From Pseudidiomarina andamanensis (lineage in GTDB: Bacteria > Pseudomonadota > Gammaproteobacteria > Enterobacterales > Alteromonadaceae), in assembly GCF_009734345.1 (NCBI RefSeq), contig NZ_CP032551.1, positions 1,740,001 to 1,772,000 of the forward strand: DNA of 32,000 nt, given 5' to 3'. A program made the position numbers and the translations under genes. The notes beneath the pieces are model-generated. The model saw only the letters and a program-made list of their open reading frames with translations. It was not told where the DNA came from and did not search any database. Of this stretch, positions 11,365 through 19,932 are shown in pieces. Numbering within the stretch: position 1 is the stretch's first letter; every line of letters begins with the position of its first letter.

Positions 11365-11397
11365 ATTCGCGCTCTGTCATTGAGGCAGAGCGCGAAT
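11365..11397 (+). terminator. Stem-loop after katG
   Basis: Perfect 12-bp stem ATTCGCGCTCTG / CAGAGCGCGAAT with a 9-nt loop, starting 12 nt after the katG stop. There is no clear U-tract, so terminator function is not assured. Confidence 0.5.
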
Positions 11398-11473
11398 GTA
11401 AGTTCGATTGTGCGACATTGGTTAACAGGCTATTCTGGCTTCTCGTTGTTAGATATTTTAAGAGATTCGTGAG

Positions 11474-12601
11474 TTGATTCATCTACCCACATTGATCATT
11501 ACAACAGTCATTCTCAATGTTGTACTCGGTATAACGCTGTTCGTTATTTACCGAGCTCTTCCTGCGCAAAAAAGTTTCAAAACCTGGGCAATCGCGTGCT
11601 TTTCGTTTGCATTAGCCAATATTTTGGTCAGTTTACGAGGTACGATTGATCAACCATTGCTGACAATTGTGGTTGCCGACCTACTAATTATTAGTGTGCC
11701 ATTACTCGCCTTACACGGTATGCGGCAGTATCGGCAGCAAATCGACGTTCCTCGAACGGGGATGATCGTCACTATGGCGATCAGTGCGATATTACTGCTG
11801 AGTGCGCACGCCACAGAATATATCGCACAAACGGTAACCGCGGTTTTATGTGGCGTCATTTATCTCTTTGCCGCGAATTATCTTCGACATATTCGCCCCA
11901 CACCACGAATTACTCGTCATTTGTTGATGGGCTTGTTCGGTATCCATGGTTTACTCATGCTACTTATGGCGAGTTCAGCGCTGCAGCAGGCGGACCCCAG
12001 CAAATCATTATTTACTTTCCTGCTGATGGCGCATTTAATCATGACGACCATGACGACGCTGCTATTCCCAGTACTGGCTTTTTCACACAACGAGCGTCGC
12101 TTGTTAAAAATCGCGCACTTAGACGAACTAACTGAATTATTTAATCGACGCGCTTTTTTTGAGCACGGAGCCTTGCTTCTTGCACAGAATAAGCAGTTAG
12201 AAAAACCGTCATGCATTTTGATGATTGATCTTGATCACTTTAAATCGATAAATGACCAATTTGGTCACGCAACCGGTGATGCTTGCCTACGGCATGTGGC
12301 GGAAGTTATTCGTAAAACCATGCGCGAACGTGACGTTGCTGCGCGTATTGGCGGCGAAGAGTTTGCGATTGCTTTGTCAGATGTTGACCGTCAACAGGCA
12401 GAAATGATCAGTCAGCGTTTAGTCGAACATATTGCAGCACACGCTTTTCATTTCGATGGTAACGATATTGAACTGACGGTAAGCCTAGGGGGCATTTTGA
12501 GTACGCGAAGCCGACGAGCTTTGAGTGATTTACTCAACGATGCCGATGCCGCACTTTATGCTGCCAAAGCAAGTGGTCGCAACCAGTTTAAATTTGCCTG
12601 A
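11474..12601 (+). CDS. Membrane-anchored diguanylate cyclase (multi-TM N-domain + GGDEF)
   Basis: About 6 hydrophobic helices are followed by LDELTELFNRRAF, DLDHFKSINDQFGH and RIGGEEFAI. An RxxD I-site (RERD) lies 5 residues before GGEEF. The TTG start at 11474 is the only in-frame start that retains the TM domain, so the start is uncertain. Confidence 0.8.
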   Translation: MIHLPTLIITTVILNVVLGITLFVIYRALPAQKSFKTWAIACFSFALANILVSLRGTIDQPLLTIVVADLLIISVPLLALHGMRQYRQQIDVPRTGMIVTMAISAILLLSAHATEYIAQTVTAVLCGVIYLFAANYLRHIRPTPRITRHLLMGLFGIHGLLMLLMASSALQQADPSKSLFTFLLMAHLIMTTMTTLLFPVLAFSHNERRLLKIAHLDELTELFNRRAFFEHGALLLAQNKQLEKPSCILMIDLDHFKSINDQFGHATGDACLRHVAEVIRKTMRERDVAARIGGEEFAIALSDVDRQQAEMISQRLVEHIAAHAFHFDGNDIELTVSLGGILSTRSRRALSDLLNDADAALYAAKASGRNQFKFA

Positions 12602-12612
12602 CCCCGCACCAA

Positions 12613-13461
12613 TTAGGCTGTCGACTGGCTACGTTGCTGGCATAGCACACGTAGCCAATCTAGCGCCGGCTGACCCGCTTTTGATCGTGGAAATGCGAGG
12701 CCAATCGTGCGTTGTAAAGGAATACCTTCTAATGGCCGCAACACCACATCTTGACGGTCATGTAACACCTCGAAGTCGGGTACTAACGCGACACCGACAC
12801 CGGCAGAAACCAAGCCGAGCGCATATTCAATCGTATGAATGTCAGCACGAATATCTGGCTGGATGCCGTTGCGTATCAATTCCGGATAAAACTGTGACCA
12901 CGCATCGCACGGTGTGCGTTTGATCAGTGCCAAACCATCAAAATCTTCCAATTGTAAGCTCTGCTTGAGCGCTAACGGATGCCCCGCTGGTAACGCAATC
13001 AAGAAGTGGTCAGTCCAAATGGGCAAAAACTGTTCACCGGCTTTGAGCATTTTCGGGGTAATAATGCGCGCGTCGGCATCATCTTCCGGTTCTACCAAAT
13101 GCAACTCAAGCCCCTCCACACCAGCACTGAATTCACGCAACAACTGACTCATACGCTCCACGCCCAGTGCACGAATTAGGCCCAAGCGAAATTGTACCCG
13201 TTTCACGCTATGTCGAAACGAGGCTTTCAGCGATTGCATTTGGCTGAGCAAACGCCCCGCATGACCGTATAAACGTTCGCCATCTTCAGTTGGCGTCACT
13301 CCTCGCGATTGCCTAACGAACAACGCCGCGCCCAACTCATCTTCCAGTTGCTGCAATGCAGTTGACAAGCTTGGCTGCGCAACATGACAGGCACGTGCCG
13401 CGGCGCTAATACTGCCGTTTTCATACACGGCCACGAAGTAATTTAGTTGTCGCAAATCCAT
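12613..13461 (-). CDS. LysR-family transcriptional regulator, GcdR-like by position
   Basis: N-terminal HTH MDLRQLNYFVAVYENGSISAAARACHVAQPSLSTALQQLEDELG. It lies divergent from gcdH, as gcdR does in Pseudomonas. Confidence 0.85.
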   Translation of the reverse strand: MDLRQLNYFVAVYENGSISAAARACHVAQPSLSTALQQLEDELGAALFVRQSRGVTPTEDGERLYGHAGRLLSQMQSLKASFRHSVKRVQFRLGLIRALGVERMSQLLREFSAGVEGLELHLVEPEDDADARIITPKMLKAGEQFLPIWTDHFLIALPAGHPLALKQSLQLEDFDGLALIKRTPCDAWSQFYPELIRNGIQPDIRADIHTIEYALGLVSAGVGVALVPDFEVLHDRQDVVLRPLEGIPLQRTIGLAFPRSKAGQPALDWLRVLCQQRSQSTA

Positions 13462-13540
13462 AGGTAAAAGCTATAGCTGGTTTAGTTTTTATATGATTTA
13501 ACTTTACAACAAACAGGAGTAAAGTGAGAACAAATAAAAG

Positions 13541-13638
13541 CGTTATTGGTTTTTCGTTACTCGTTATTCGATTAGGACAAACCGATTTAAATTCTAGATC
13601 GAATAACGAATAACGATTAACGAATAACGATTAACGTC
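13541..13638. repeat. Inverted arrays of 7-bp-phased heptads (CGTTAnT x5 phase slots, 25-nt spacer, TAACGNN x5-6) upstream of gcdH
   Basis: Left arm in 7-nt phase: CGTTATT GGTTTTT CGTTACT CGTTATT CGATTAG (13541-13575). Right arm: GATCGAA TAACGAA TAACGAT TAACGAA TAACGAT TAACGTC (13597-13638). Positions 13554-13572 can pair with 13598-13616 (18 of 19 bp). Confidence 0.85.
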
Positions 13639-13658
13639 TCTTAAACTGAGGATTTTCC

Positions 13659-14834
13659 ATGGCTCGTTTTCCTTTTGACTGGCAAGACCCATTCCAATTT
13701 TCATCCATGCTGACTGAAGAAGAACGCATGATTCGCGATACCGCCCATCAGTACTGCCAAGAAAAACTGATGACACGGGTGCTTACGGCCAACCGTGAAG
13801 AGCGCTTTGATCGTGAGATTATGAACGAGCTAGGTGAACTGGGATTATTGGGTGCGACATTGCCGGAAAAATACGGCTGTGCGGAAGTAAATCATGTGTG
13901 TTATGGCCTCATTGCACGTGAAGTTGAGCGCGTGGATAGCGGTTATCGTAGCGCTATGAGTGTGCAATCGAGCTTAGTGATGCACCCGATTTATGCCTAC
14001 GGTACCGAAGCGCAACGTATGAAATATTTGCCGAAGTTGGCAAGCGGCGAGTGGGTTGGTTGTTTTGGTTTGACCGAACCGGATGCCGGCTCTGATCCGG
14101 CCAGCATGCGTACAACAGCGAAGAAAGTTGACGGCGGTTATGTGCTAAAAGGCACGAAGATGTGGATTACTAACTCGCCGATTGCCGATGTGTTTGTGGT
14201 GTGGGCGAAGCTTGATGGTGAAATTCGCGGCTTCGTACTTGAGAAAGGTATGAAGGGTTTGTCGGCGCCTAAAATTGAAGGCAAATTCTCATTGCGCGCG
14301 TCAATTACCGGCGAGATTGTAATGGATAACGTCGAAGTACCAGAAGACGCTTTGTTGCCAAACGTCAGGGGTTTGAAAGGCCCATTCGGCTGTTTGAATA
14401 AAGCGCGATACGGTATTGCATGGGGTGCATTGGGTGCAGCAGAATTCTGCTGGCATGCGGCGCGTCAGTACACCTTAGATCGCCATCAGTTTAATCGTCC
14501 GTTAGCTGCAACCCAGCTGATTCAGAAGAAATTAGCCGACATGCAAACCGAAATCACTATTGGCTTGTTAAGTTGTTTGCAAGCAGGCCGGTTAATGGAT
14601 TTAGACCAATTACCACCAGAAACCATTTCATTAATTAAGCGCAATTCATGTGGCAAGGCGCTCGATATCGCACGTGTTGCTCGTGATATGCACGGCGGTA
14701 ACGGCATTGCCGATGAGTACCATGTCATTCGCCACGTGATGAACCTTGAAGCGGTGAATACCTACGAAGGTACGCACGATGTTCATGCGCTGATTTTGGG
14801 TCGCGCACAAACTGGTTTACAAGCGTTCGGTTAA
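13659..14834 (+). CDS. gcdH: Glutaryl-CoA dehydrogenase
   Basis: 391-aa acyl-CoA dehydrogenase with GcdH-type blocks: [52 protein letters not shown] lies 6 nt upstream. Confidence 0.9.
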   Translation: MARFPFDWQDPFQFSSMLTEEERMIRDTAHQYCQEKLMTRVLTANREERFDREIMNELGELGLLGATLPEKYGCAEVNHVCYGLIAREVERVDSGYRSAMSVQSSLVMHPIYAYGTEAQRMKYLPKLASGEWVGCFGLTEPDAGSDPASMRTTAKKVDGGYVLKGTKMWITNSPIADVFVVWAKLDGEIRGFVLEKGMKGLSAPKIEGKFSLRASITGEIVMDNVEVPEDALLPNVRGLKGPFGCLNKARYGIAWGALGAAEFCWHAARQYTLDRHQFNRPLAATQLIQKKLADMQTEITIGLLSCLQAGRLMDLDQLPPETISLIKRNSCGKALDIARVARDMHGGNGIADEYHVIRHVMNLEAVNTYEGTHDVHALILGRAQTGLQAFG

Positions 14835-14861
14835 ACTCACTCGGTCGCAGGAGGTTTCCCT

Positions 14862-17057
14862 ATGGCTGCAGCAATGCACCCGTGGCTGGTGGAGTTTATC
14901 CAGCGTATTGATGACCGTCGCTTACCACCGGCGCACGCCGCCGGTGGTGTTCTAGGCGATGCTGATTTATTTGATTTATTCGAGTCACAACTAGATAGCC
15001 GCTTATTAGATTTACAATCACGCTTGATGCAAGCGGCGGGGCAAAGTTTCTACACCATCGGTAGCGCGGGCCATGAAGGCAACGCCGCTGTAGCGAAAGC
15101 CCTGCGAGTAACCGACCCCGCATTTTTACATTATCGCAGCGGCGCATTCTTTATTCAGCGGGCGAAGCAATCACCGGGCAGCACCCCGCTGTATGACATG
15201 ATGCTCAGCTTTGCCGCCTCGGCTGACGAACCAATTGCCGGCGGTCGCCACAAGGTTCTGGGTAGCTTGCATTTAAACGTGCCGCCACAAACCAGCACCA
15301 TTGCCTCGCATGTGCCAAAGGCAATGGGTACCGCATTTGCTATTGGATTATCAAAGCGCTTGAACCACCAAGGTACATGGCCACATGACGCCATTGCCAT
15401 GTGTAGTTTTGGGGATGCTTCAGCGAACCATTCCACCGCGCTCGGGGCAATAAATTCAGCCAGTTGGGCGGCTTATCAGCAAATTCCAATGCCATTGCTG
15501 ATGGTGTGCGAAGACAATGGTTTAGGTATTTCAACGCACACGCCAAAGGGCTGGATACAACAGCAGTTGAGCCAACGTCCATCGTTAAAATACTTCTTTG
15601 CCGATGGCAGCAACTTAGCAGAGACCTATTTGGTGGCCCGCGAAGCAGCTGACTACGTTCGCCAGAAACGCAAGCCCGCAGTGCTGCATTTGCGCACGGT
15701 TCGTTTGTTTGGCCACGCCGGAGCTGACGCCGAGGTAGCTTATCGTAGCAAGCAAGAAATCGCGCTTGATAGCGAACGCGATCCGCTTTTGCATAGCTGC
15801 GCCGCATTGATCAGTCGTGGCTTACTCGACCATCAACAACTCATTGCATACGTACAACAACAACAGCAGCGAATTGCGCGCATCGCCGCGCAAGCATCGC
15901 AACAACCGAAATTAGAAACCGCTGAACAAGTGATGGCGTCGATTGTGCCACCGAAGCGACAGGGCGACCTGCCCGCGCCGGTGAGTGGCGAGCAGCGTAC
16001 CAACTTATTCAAATGGGACAAGCATAACGCTGGGAAGCCTCAGCATTTGGCAAAACTGATTAACTTGGCTCTACACGACTTGATGGCACAGCACCAAAAC
16101 ATCGTGATGTGTGGCGAGGATATTGCCAAAAAAGGCGGTGTTTATCACGTCACCCAGCACCTGATGGAAGCGTTTGGTCCAAACCGCGTGTTGAACACTG
16201 TGCTTGATGAACAGAGTATTCTAGGGCTCGCGATCGGTATGGCGCAGCAAGGCTTTATCGCAATGCCAGAAATTCAGTTTTTGGCCTACGTGCATAATGC
16301 CGAAGATCAAATACGTGGCGAAGCGGCAACGTTGTCGTTCTTCTCCAATGGCCAATACACCAACCCCATGGTGATTCGTATTGCTGGGCTGGCCTATCAG
16401 CGTGGGTTTGGTGGGCACTTTCACAATGACAACTCTTTTGCGGTGTTCCGCGATATTCCGGGCGTGATTTTATTGTGCCCATCGAACGGTCGTGATGGCG
16501 CTTTACTCATGCGCCAGGCTGTTGATTTAGCCGCGCGTGAACAGCGCGTGGTGATCATGTTGGAGCCAATTGCACTCTATATGACCCGTGACTTACACCA
16601 AGAAGGTGACGGTGGTTGGCTACATGAGTATCCCGATCCGCAAGAGCCAACGCCGGCACTTGGTGAACCTTCAATTCATGGTAACGGCAACGATTTAGCG
16701 ATTATTTCGTACGGCAATGGCTACTACTTGAGTCGCCAAGCGGAAGCAAAACTGACCGAGCAAGGCCACAACGTTCGCGTTCTTGATATCCGCTGCTTAG
16801 TGCCGCTACATGTGGATAAAATTATTGATGCACTCGGTGGCTGTAAGAAAGTCTTAATTGTGGACGAATGTCGCCGTCGCGGCTCGCTAAGTGAAGAGTT
16901 ATTCACAGAGTTACACGAACGTAAGCCAGGAATGTTTACTGTTTCGCGTCTCAATGCCGAAGACAGCTTTATTCCATTAGGTAAAGCCGCGTATAGCGTT
17001 TTACCGTCTACTGAGCAAATCATCGCGCAGGCACAGCGTTTATTGGAGGCGAACTAA
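14862..17057 (+). CDS. Fused alpha/beta E1 component of a TPP-dependent 2-oxoacid dehydrogenase
   Basis: The N-terminal half has the E1-alpha TPP motif GDASANHS...LLMVCEDNGLGIS. The C-terminal half is E1-beta/transketolase-like: GEDIAKKGGVYHVT, DEQSILGLAIGMAQQG, PEIQFLAY, GGHFHNDNS. AGGAGG lies 7 nt upstream. Confidence 0.8.
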   Translation: MAAAMHPWLVEFIQRIDDRRLPPAHAAGGVLGDADLFDLFESQLDSRLLDLQSRLMQAAGQSFYTIGSAGHEGNAAVAKALRVTDPAFLHYRSGAFFIQRAKQSPGSTPLYDMMLSFAASADEPIAGGRHKVLGSLHLNVPPQTSTIASHVPKAMGTAFAIGLSKRLNHQGTWPHDAIAMCSFGDASANHSTALGAINSASWAAYQQIPMPLLMVCEDNGLGISTHTPKGWIQQQLSQRPSLKYFFADGSNLAETYLVAREAADYVRQKRKPAVLHLRTVRLFGHAGADAEVAYRSKQEIALDSERDPLLHSCAALISRGLLDHQQLIAYVQQQQQRIARIAAQASQQPKLETAEQVMASIVPPKRQGDLPAPVSGEQRTNLFKWDKHNAGKPQHLAKLINLALHDLMAQHQNIVMCGEDIAKKGGVYHVTQHLMEAFGPNRVLNTVLDEQSILGLAIGMAQQGFIAMPEIQFLAYVHNAEDQIRGEAATLSFFSNGQYTNPMVIRIAGLAYQRGFGGHFHNDNSFAVFRDIPGVILLCPSNGRDGALLMRQAVDLAAREQRVVIMLEPIALYMTRDLHQEGDGGWLHEYPDPQEPTPALGEPSIHGNGNDLAIISYGNGYYLSRQAEAKLTEQGHNVRVLDIRCLVPLHVDKIIDALGGCKKVLIVDECRRRGSLSEELFTELHERKPGMFTVSRLNAEDSFIPLGKAAYSVLPSTEQIIAQAQRLLEAN

Positions 17058-18115
17058 TGGCAGCAGAACGTAAAACAGCCCTTGTCGTTTGCCCAGGCCG
17101 CGGCACTTATAACAAACCCGAACTGGGATCAATTTCGGGTTCAATTTCGCCAAAAATCGGCGGAGATATGCCGAATTTAAACGATATATTGCGTCAAATC
17201 GACGACGTTCGCGTCCAGTTAGGGCAACCAACAGTAACCGAGCTTGATCAAGCTCCATTGTTTAAAACCTCGCTACATCAGAAGCCCGAAAACGCCGCGG
17301 CATTAATTTACGCTGGTGGTTACCTTGATTACCTCGCCATTGACGATACTCGCTTTGACGTCGTCGGTATCACCGGCAACTCAATGGGTTGGTATACCGC
17401 AATGGCAAGCGCTGGCTGCTGGGACATTGAAACCAGCACGCGGTTAGTTACCAACATGGCTCAGCTCACCGCTGGTGGAGAAGGTGCTCAGTTTATTTAC
17501 CCGATTGTGGACGCTGACTGGCGGCCACATCAAGGTTATATCGATGCGGTTAATGAACAGCTCACACGCTTTCCTGGTGAGTTAAACATGTCGATTCGCT
17601 ACGGCGGTTATGCGGTGCTGGCGGGCTCGGAAGAAGCCTGTACCGAAGCCGTTAGAGCGCTACCACGTGTTGACGACCGCTTCCCGATGATTTTGCCGGG
17701 GCACGCCGCATTCCATACGCACTTTATGAATGACGCATCACTGCAAGCGCTCGATTTATGGCCGCAAGCCGCATTTCGAGCGCCGCTAGTGCCCTTGATT
17801 GATGGTCGCGGTCATATTTGGTCACCGCATGTGGTTGATAAGGCCGCGTTACATCAGTACACCCTGGGTCATCAAGTAACACAAACCTATGACTTCACCC
17901 GAGCTATTCAAACGGCCGTGAAAGAGTTTGCGCCAGACCACATTATTTTATTAGGGCCGGGTGCCGGTTTAGGTGGTGCGGTAGCGCAAGCCCTCATTGA
18001 AATGAACTGGCAAGGCCTGAATAGTAAAGCGGAATTTGCGGCGCGCCAGCAAGCTGACACGCCTTATGTTTTGTCTATGGGGTTACCTGAACAGCGTGTT
18101 CTGGTGACAGGTTAG
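17057..18115 (+). CDS. FabD-fold (malonyl-CoA:ACP transacylase-like) Ser-His acyltransferase of unknown specificity
   Basis: ALVVCPGRGT corresponds to FabD FPGQGSQ. The nucleophile elbow is GNSMGWY, and a His candidate lies in PGHAAFHTHFM. The start ATG shares one nucleotide with the E1 stop (TAATG). Confidence 0.65.
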   Translation: MAAERKTALVVCPGRGTYNKPELGSISGSISPKIGGDMPNLNDILRQIDDVRVQLGQPTVTELDQAPLFKTSLHQKPENAAALIYAGGYLDYLAIDDTRFDVVGITGNSMGWYTAMASAGCWDIETSTRLVTNMAQLTAGGEGAQFIYPIVDADWRPHQGYIDAVNEQLTRFPGELNMSIRYGGYAVLAGSEEACTEAVRALPRVDDRFPMILPGHAAFHTHFMNDASLQALDLWPQAAFRAPLVPLIDGRGHIWSPHVVDKAALHQYTLGHQVTQTYDFTRAIQTAVKEFAPDHIILLGPGAGLGGAVAQALIEMNWQGLNSKAEFAARQQADTPYVLSMGLPEQRVLVTG

Positions 18116-18890
18116 CAAACTTAACATTGATGGCGCGCAGGCAAGCTTTGCCACGCGCCGTTAAATCTGTCATAAACTGAAATTGTTGCCGCGGATCTAT
18201 CGGATAAGCCTTTAACCGATAATGCGTTCCCCACGGCTGTTCGCTGATAACAACAGTGATTTGTTTTTTTAACTGCACATAGGGGCTCGTTAGCGCCACG
18301 TCTTCCAATAACTGCTTCACCTGATGAGCATCATGATCCGCGGCCAAATAAAAGCTCGTCACGCACATGAGGCTTGGTCCGCCATTATTGGCGTTATGAA
18401 TCAAGCCATCCCACAATTTCAGATGCGGCACAAACACCACGGTATCATCCGGTGTAACCAACTCAACTGCACGCATGCCAATATGCTTCACCTCACCATA
18501 GGTACCATCGACTTCAATCCAGTCGCCTGGCCGATACGGCAATTCATACACCGCGACAATGCCAGCGATTAAGCTACTGACATAATCTTTCATTGCAAAG
18601 CCAATGGCTAAGCCTGCGGCTCCTAAAATAGCGATCATATTCTGCATGGTGGTTTCGATGACCATTGGCACAATCCAAATCGTCGCTAGCACAAACACCA
18701 CAACGCGCAGAGTAGGGATCATTGCCAATACGAACAAGCGTTGTTTGCCATGCAAATGCTCGGCAAGCCATGGGAACAATCGCTGGCTTAACCAGATGAT
18801 GCCAACCGAGACAGCAATAACCACGGCAATTTCAATCACGGCATCACTGGTTACCGTTTTAAAAAGGCCGATTATTTTATCTGTTTCCAT
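18075..18890 (-). CDS. MscS-family small-conductance mechanosensitive channel
   Basis: Three N-terminal TM helices. Pore-helix signature ILGAAGLAIGFAMKDYVSSLIAG, then the beta-domain GDWIEVDGTYGEVKHIGMRAVEL. AAGGA SD lies 8 nt upstream. Confidence 0.85.
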   Translation of the reverse strand: METDKIIGLFKTVTSDAVIEIAVVIAVSVGIIWLSQRLFPWLAEHLHGKQRLFVLAMIPTLRVVVFVLATIWIVPMVIETTMQNMIAILGAAGLAIGFAMKDYVSSLIAGIVAVYELPYRPGDWIEVDGTYGEVKHIGMRAVELVTPDDTVVFVPHLKLWDGLIHNANNGGPSLMCVTSFYLAADHDAHQVKQLLEDVALTSPYVQLKKQITVVISEQPWGTHYRLKAYPIDPRQQFQFMTDLTARGKACLRAINVKFANLSPEHAVQVTP

Positions 18891-18917
18891 ACTGTCGTCC
18901 TTCTAGCGTAGTGTCGG

Positions 18918-19901
18918 TTAAAATGCATCAACGTAAAAACCACGACTTTTTAAGAAATCGCGTACGGCCAAGTAACCATAAACGGTGACATGCCATTGAT
19001 TGTCGTCGTAATGGATCAGGCGAGCTTGCTGCAGTTGCAATAACTGCACATCGAGTTGATCAGCTGCCACTGTTGGTAGCAAGCGTTGCAACGTTTCACC
19101 GCTCAGGCCCATATGCAACAGCAGGGTATATAAAACAAATGCGGTTTCGTCGCCACAGTCTGGTGGCATGCTTGGTAAATCATGGCCTTCATCCTGCTGC
19201 ACGGCCCAAAGCGCCAGCGCTAAGCCAACGTTGCCAAATGCGCGGGCAGCGAGTGCTTTGAGCTGTTTGTCTTCAGCTCGAATCCCTACTTGGTGCAACA
19301 ATGCCTCTTCAGCTGCTGCAAAACAATAAACGTTCGGAAGATTCACCGGCCACGCCCGTTGCAAAAATGCAAAACTCCAACTGTCGCAAACCACAAGCCC
19401 TTGCCCCAATTCACCACGCATCAGCTTGGGCAATAAGGTGCGGACAAAGGCCATACCGTCAGTACGTCGTTGCCAATAGTTGGCCAGATCATCAATCAAC
19501 CATTGCTCGGTGCTCTGCGCTTGCCACCACGAATCAACATCAACGCTATTCAGTTGCTCTTCGGCAGGTGGGGTTAGTTGGTTCCAGTTGTGGCGTTGAG
19601 CCCACTCTCGAGCTATTGCGGCGGTACCGCTAAACGGTGGGCTAATCAGGAATTTTATACCGGGCTCACTCTCACTACGCCACTCATCGAAGGCGGCATC
19701 GAGCGCATCTGCACCTGGTTTTAAATCAAACTCGCGATACCCTGGAAAGTCCGATTGTTCTTCGTCATCACTGGTTTCGTCTGCTTTAGGAAACAGGTTG
19801 CGAATGTGCTGAAACAACTGCTGTAAGCGGGTACTCGCCGGCGCATCAGGCCGTTCAAATTCAGCTAAACGAATGACGCACCAGTTATTCTCAGATGACA
19901 T
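18918..19901 (-). CDS. Hypothetical protein: degenerate AAA+-like core and possible C-terminal winged-helix
   Basis: I recognise no named family. Start placed at ATG 19901 (MSSENNW, AAGGA SD 8 nt upstream) rather than track start 20039, which overlaps the upstream gene. It has a P-loop-like FLISPPFSGTAAIA lacking Lys/Thr, a Walker-B-like QWLIDDL and a sensor-1-like GLVVCDSW. Confidence 0.6.
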   Translation of the reverse strand: MSSENNWCVIRLAEFERPDAPASTRLQQLFQHIRNLFPKADETSDDEEQSDFPGYREFDLKPGADALDAAFDEWRSESEPGIKFLISPPFSGTAAIAREWAQRHNWNQLTPPAEEQLNSVDVDSWWQAQSTEQWLIDDLANYWQRRTDGMAFVRTLLPKLMRGELGQGLVVCDSWSFAFLQRAWPVNLPNVYCFAAAEEALLHQVGIRAEDKQLKALAARAFGNVGLALALWAVQQDEGHDLPSMPPDCGDETAFVLYTLLLHMGLSGETLQRLLPTVAADQLDVQLLQLQQARLIHYDDNQWHVTVYGYLAVRDFLKSRGFYVDAF

Positions 19902-19932
19902 AAATTCCGTGTCCTTGTGTAACTTACCCTGC

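Noticed and set aside
13469-13478. Perfect 10-bp palindrome AGCTATAGCT, 8 nt upstream of the LysR start codon, as a possible LysR autoregulatory site
   Set aside because: It is not a clear T-N11-A LysR box and is too short to separate from chance without conservation data.
13541-13638. Heptad arrays as a CRISPR array or a VNTR within a gene
   Set aside because: The 7-bp period has no spacers, which is incompatible with CRISPR. The arrays are intergenic, not coding.
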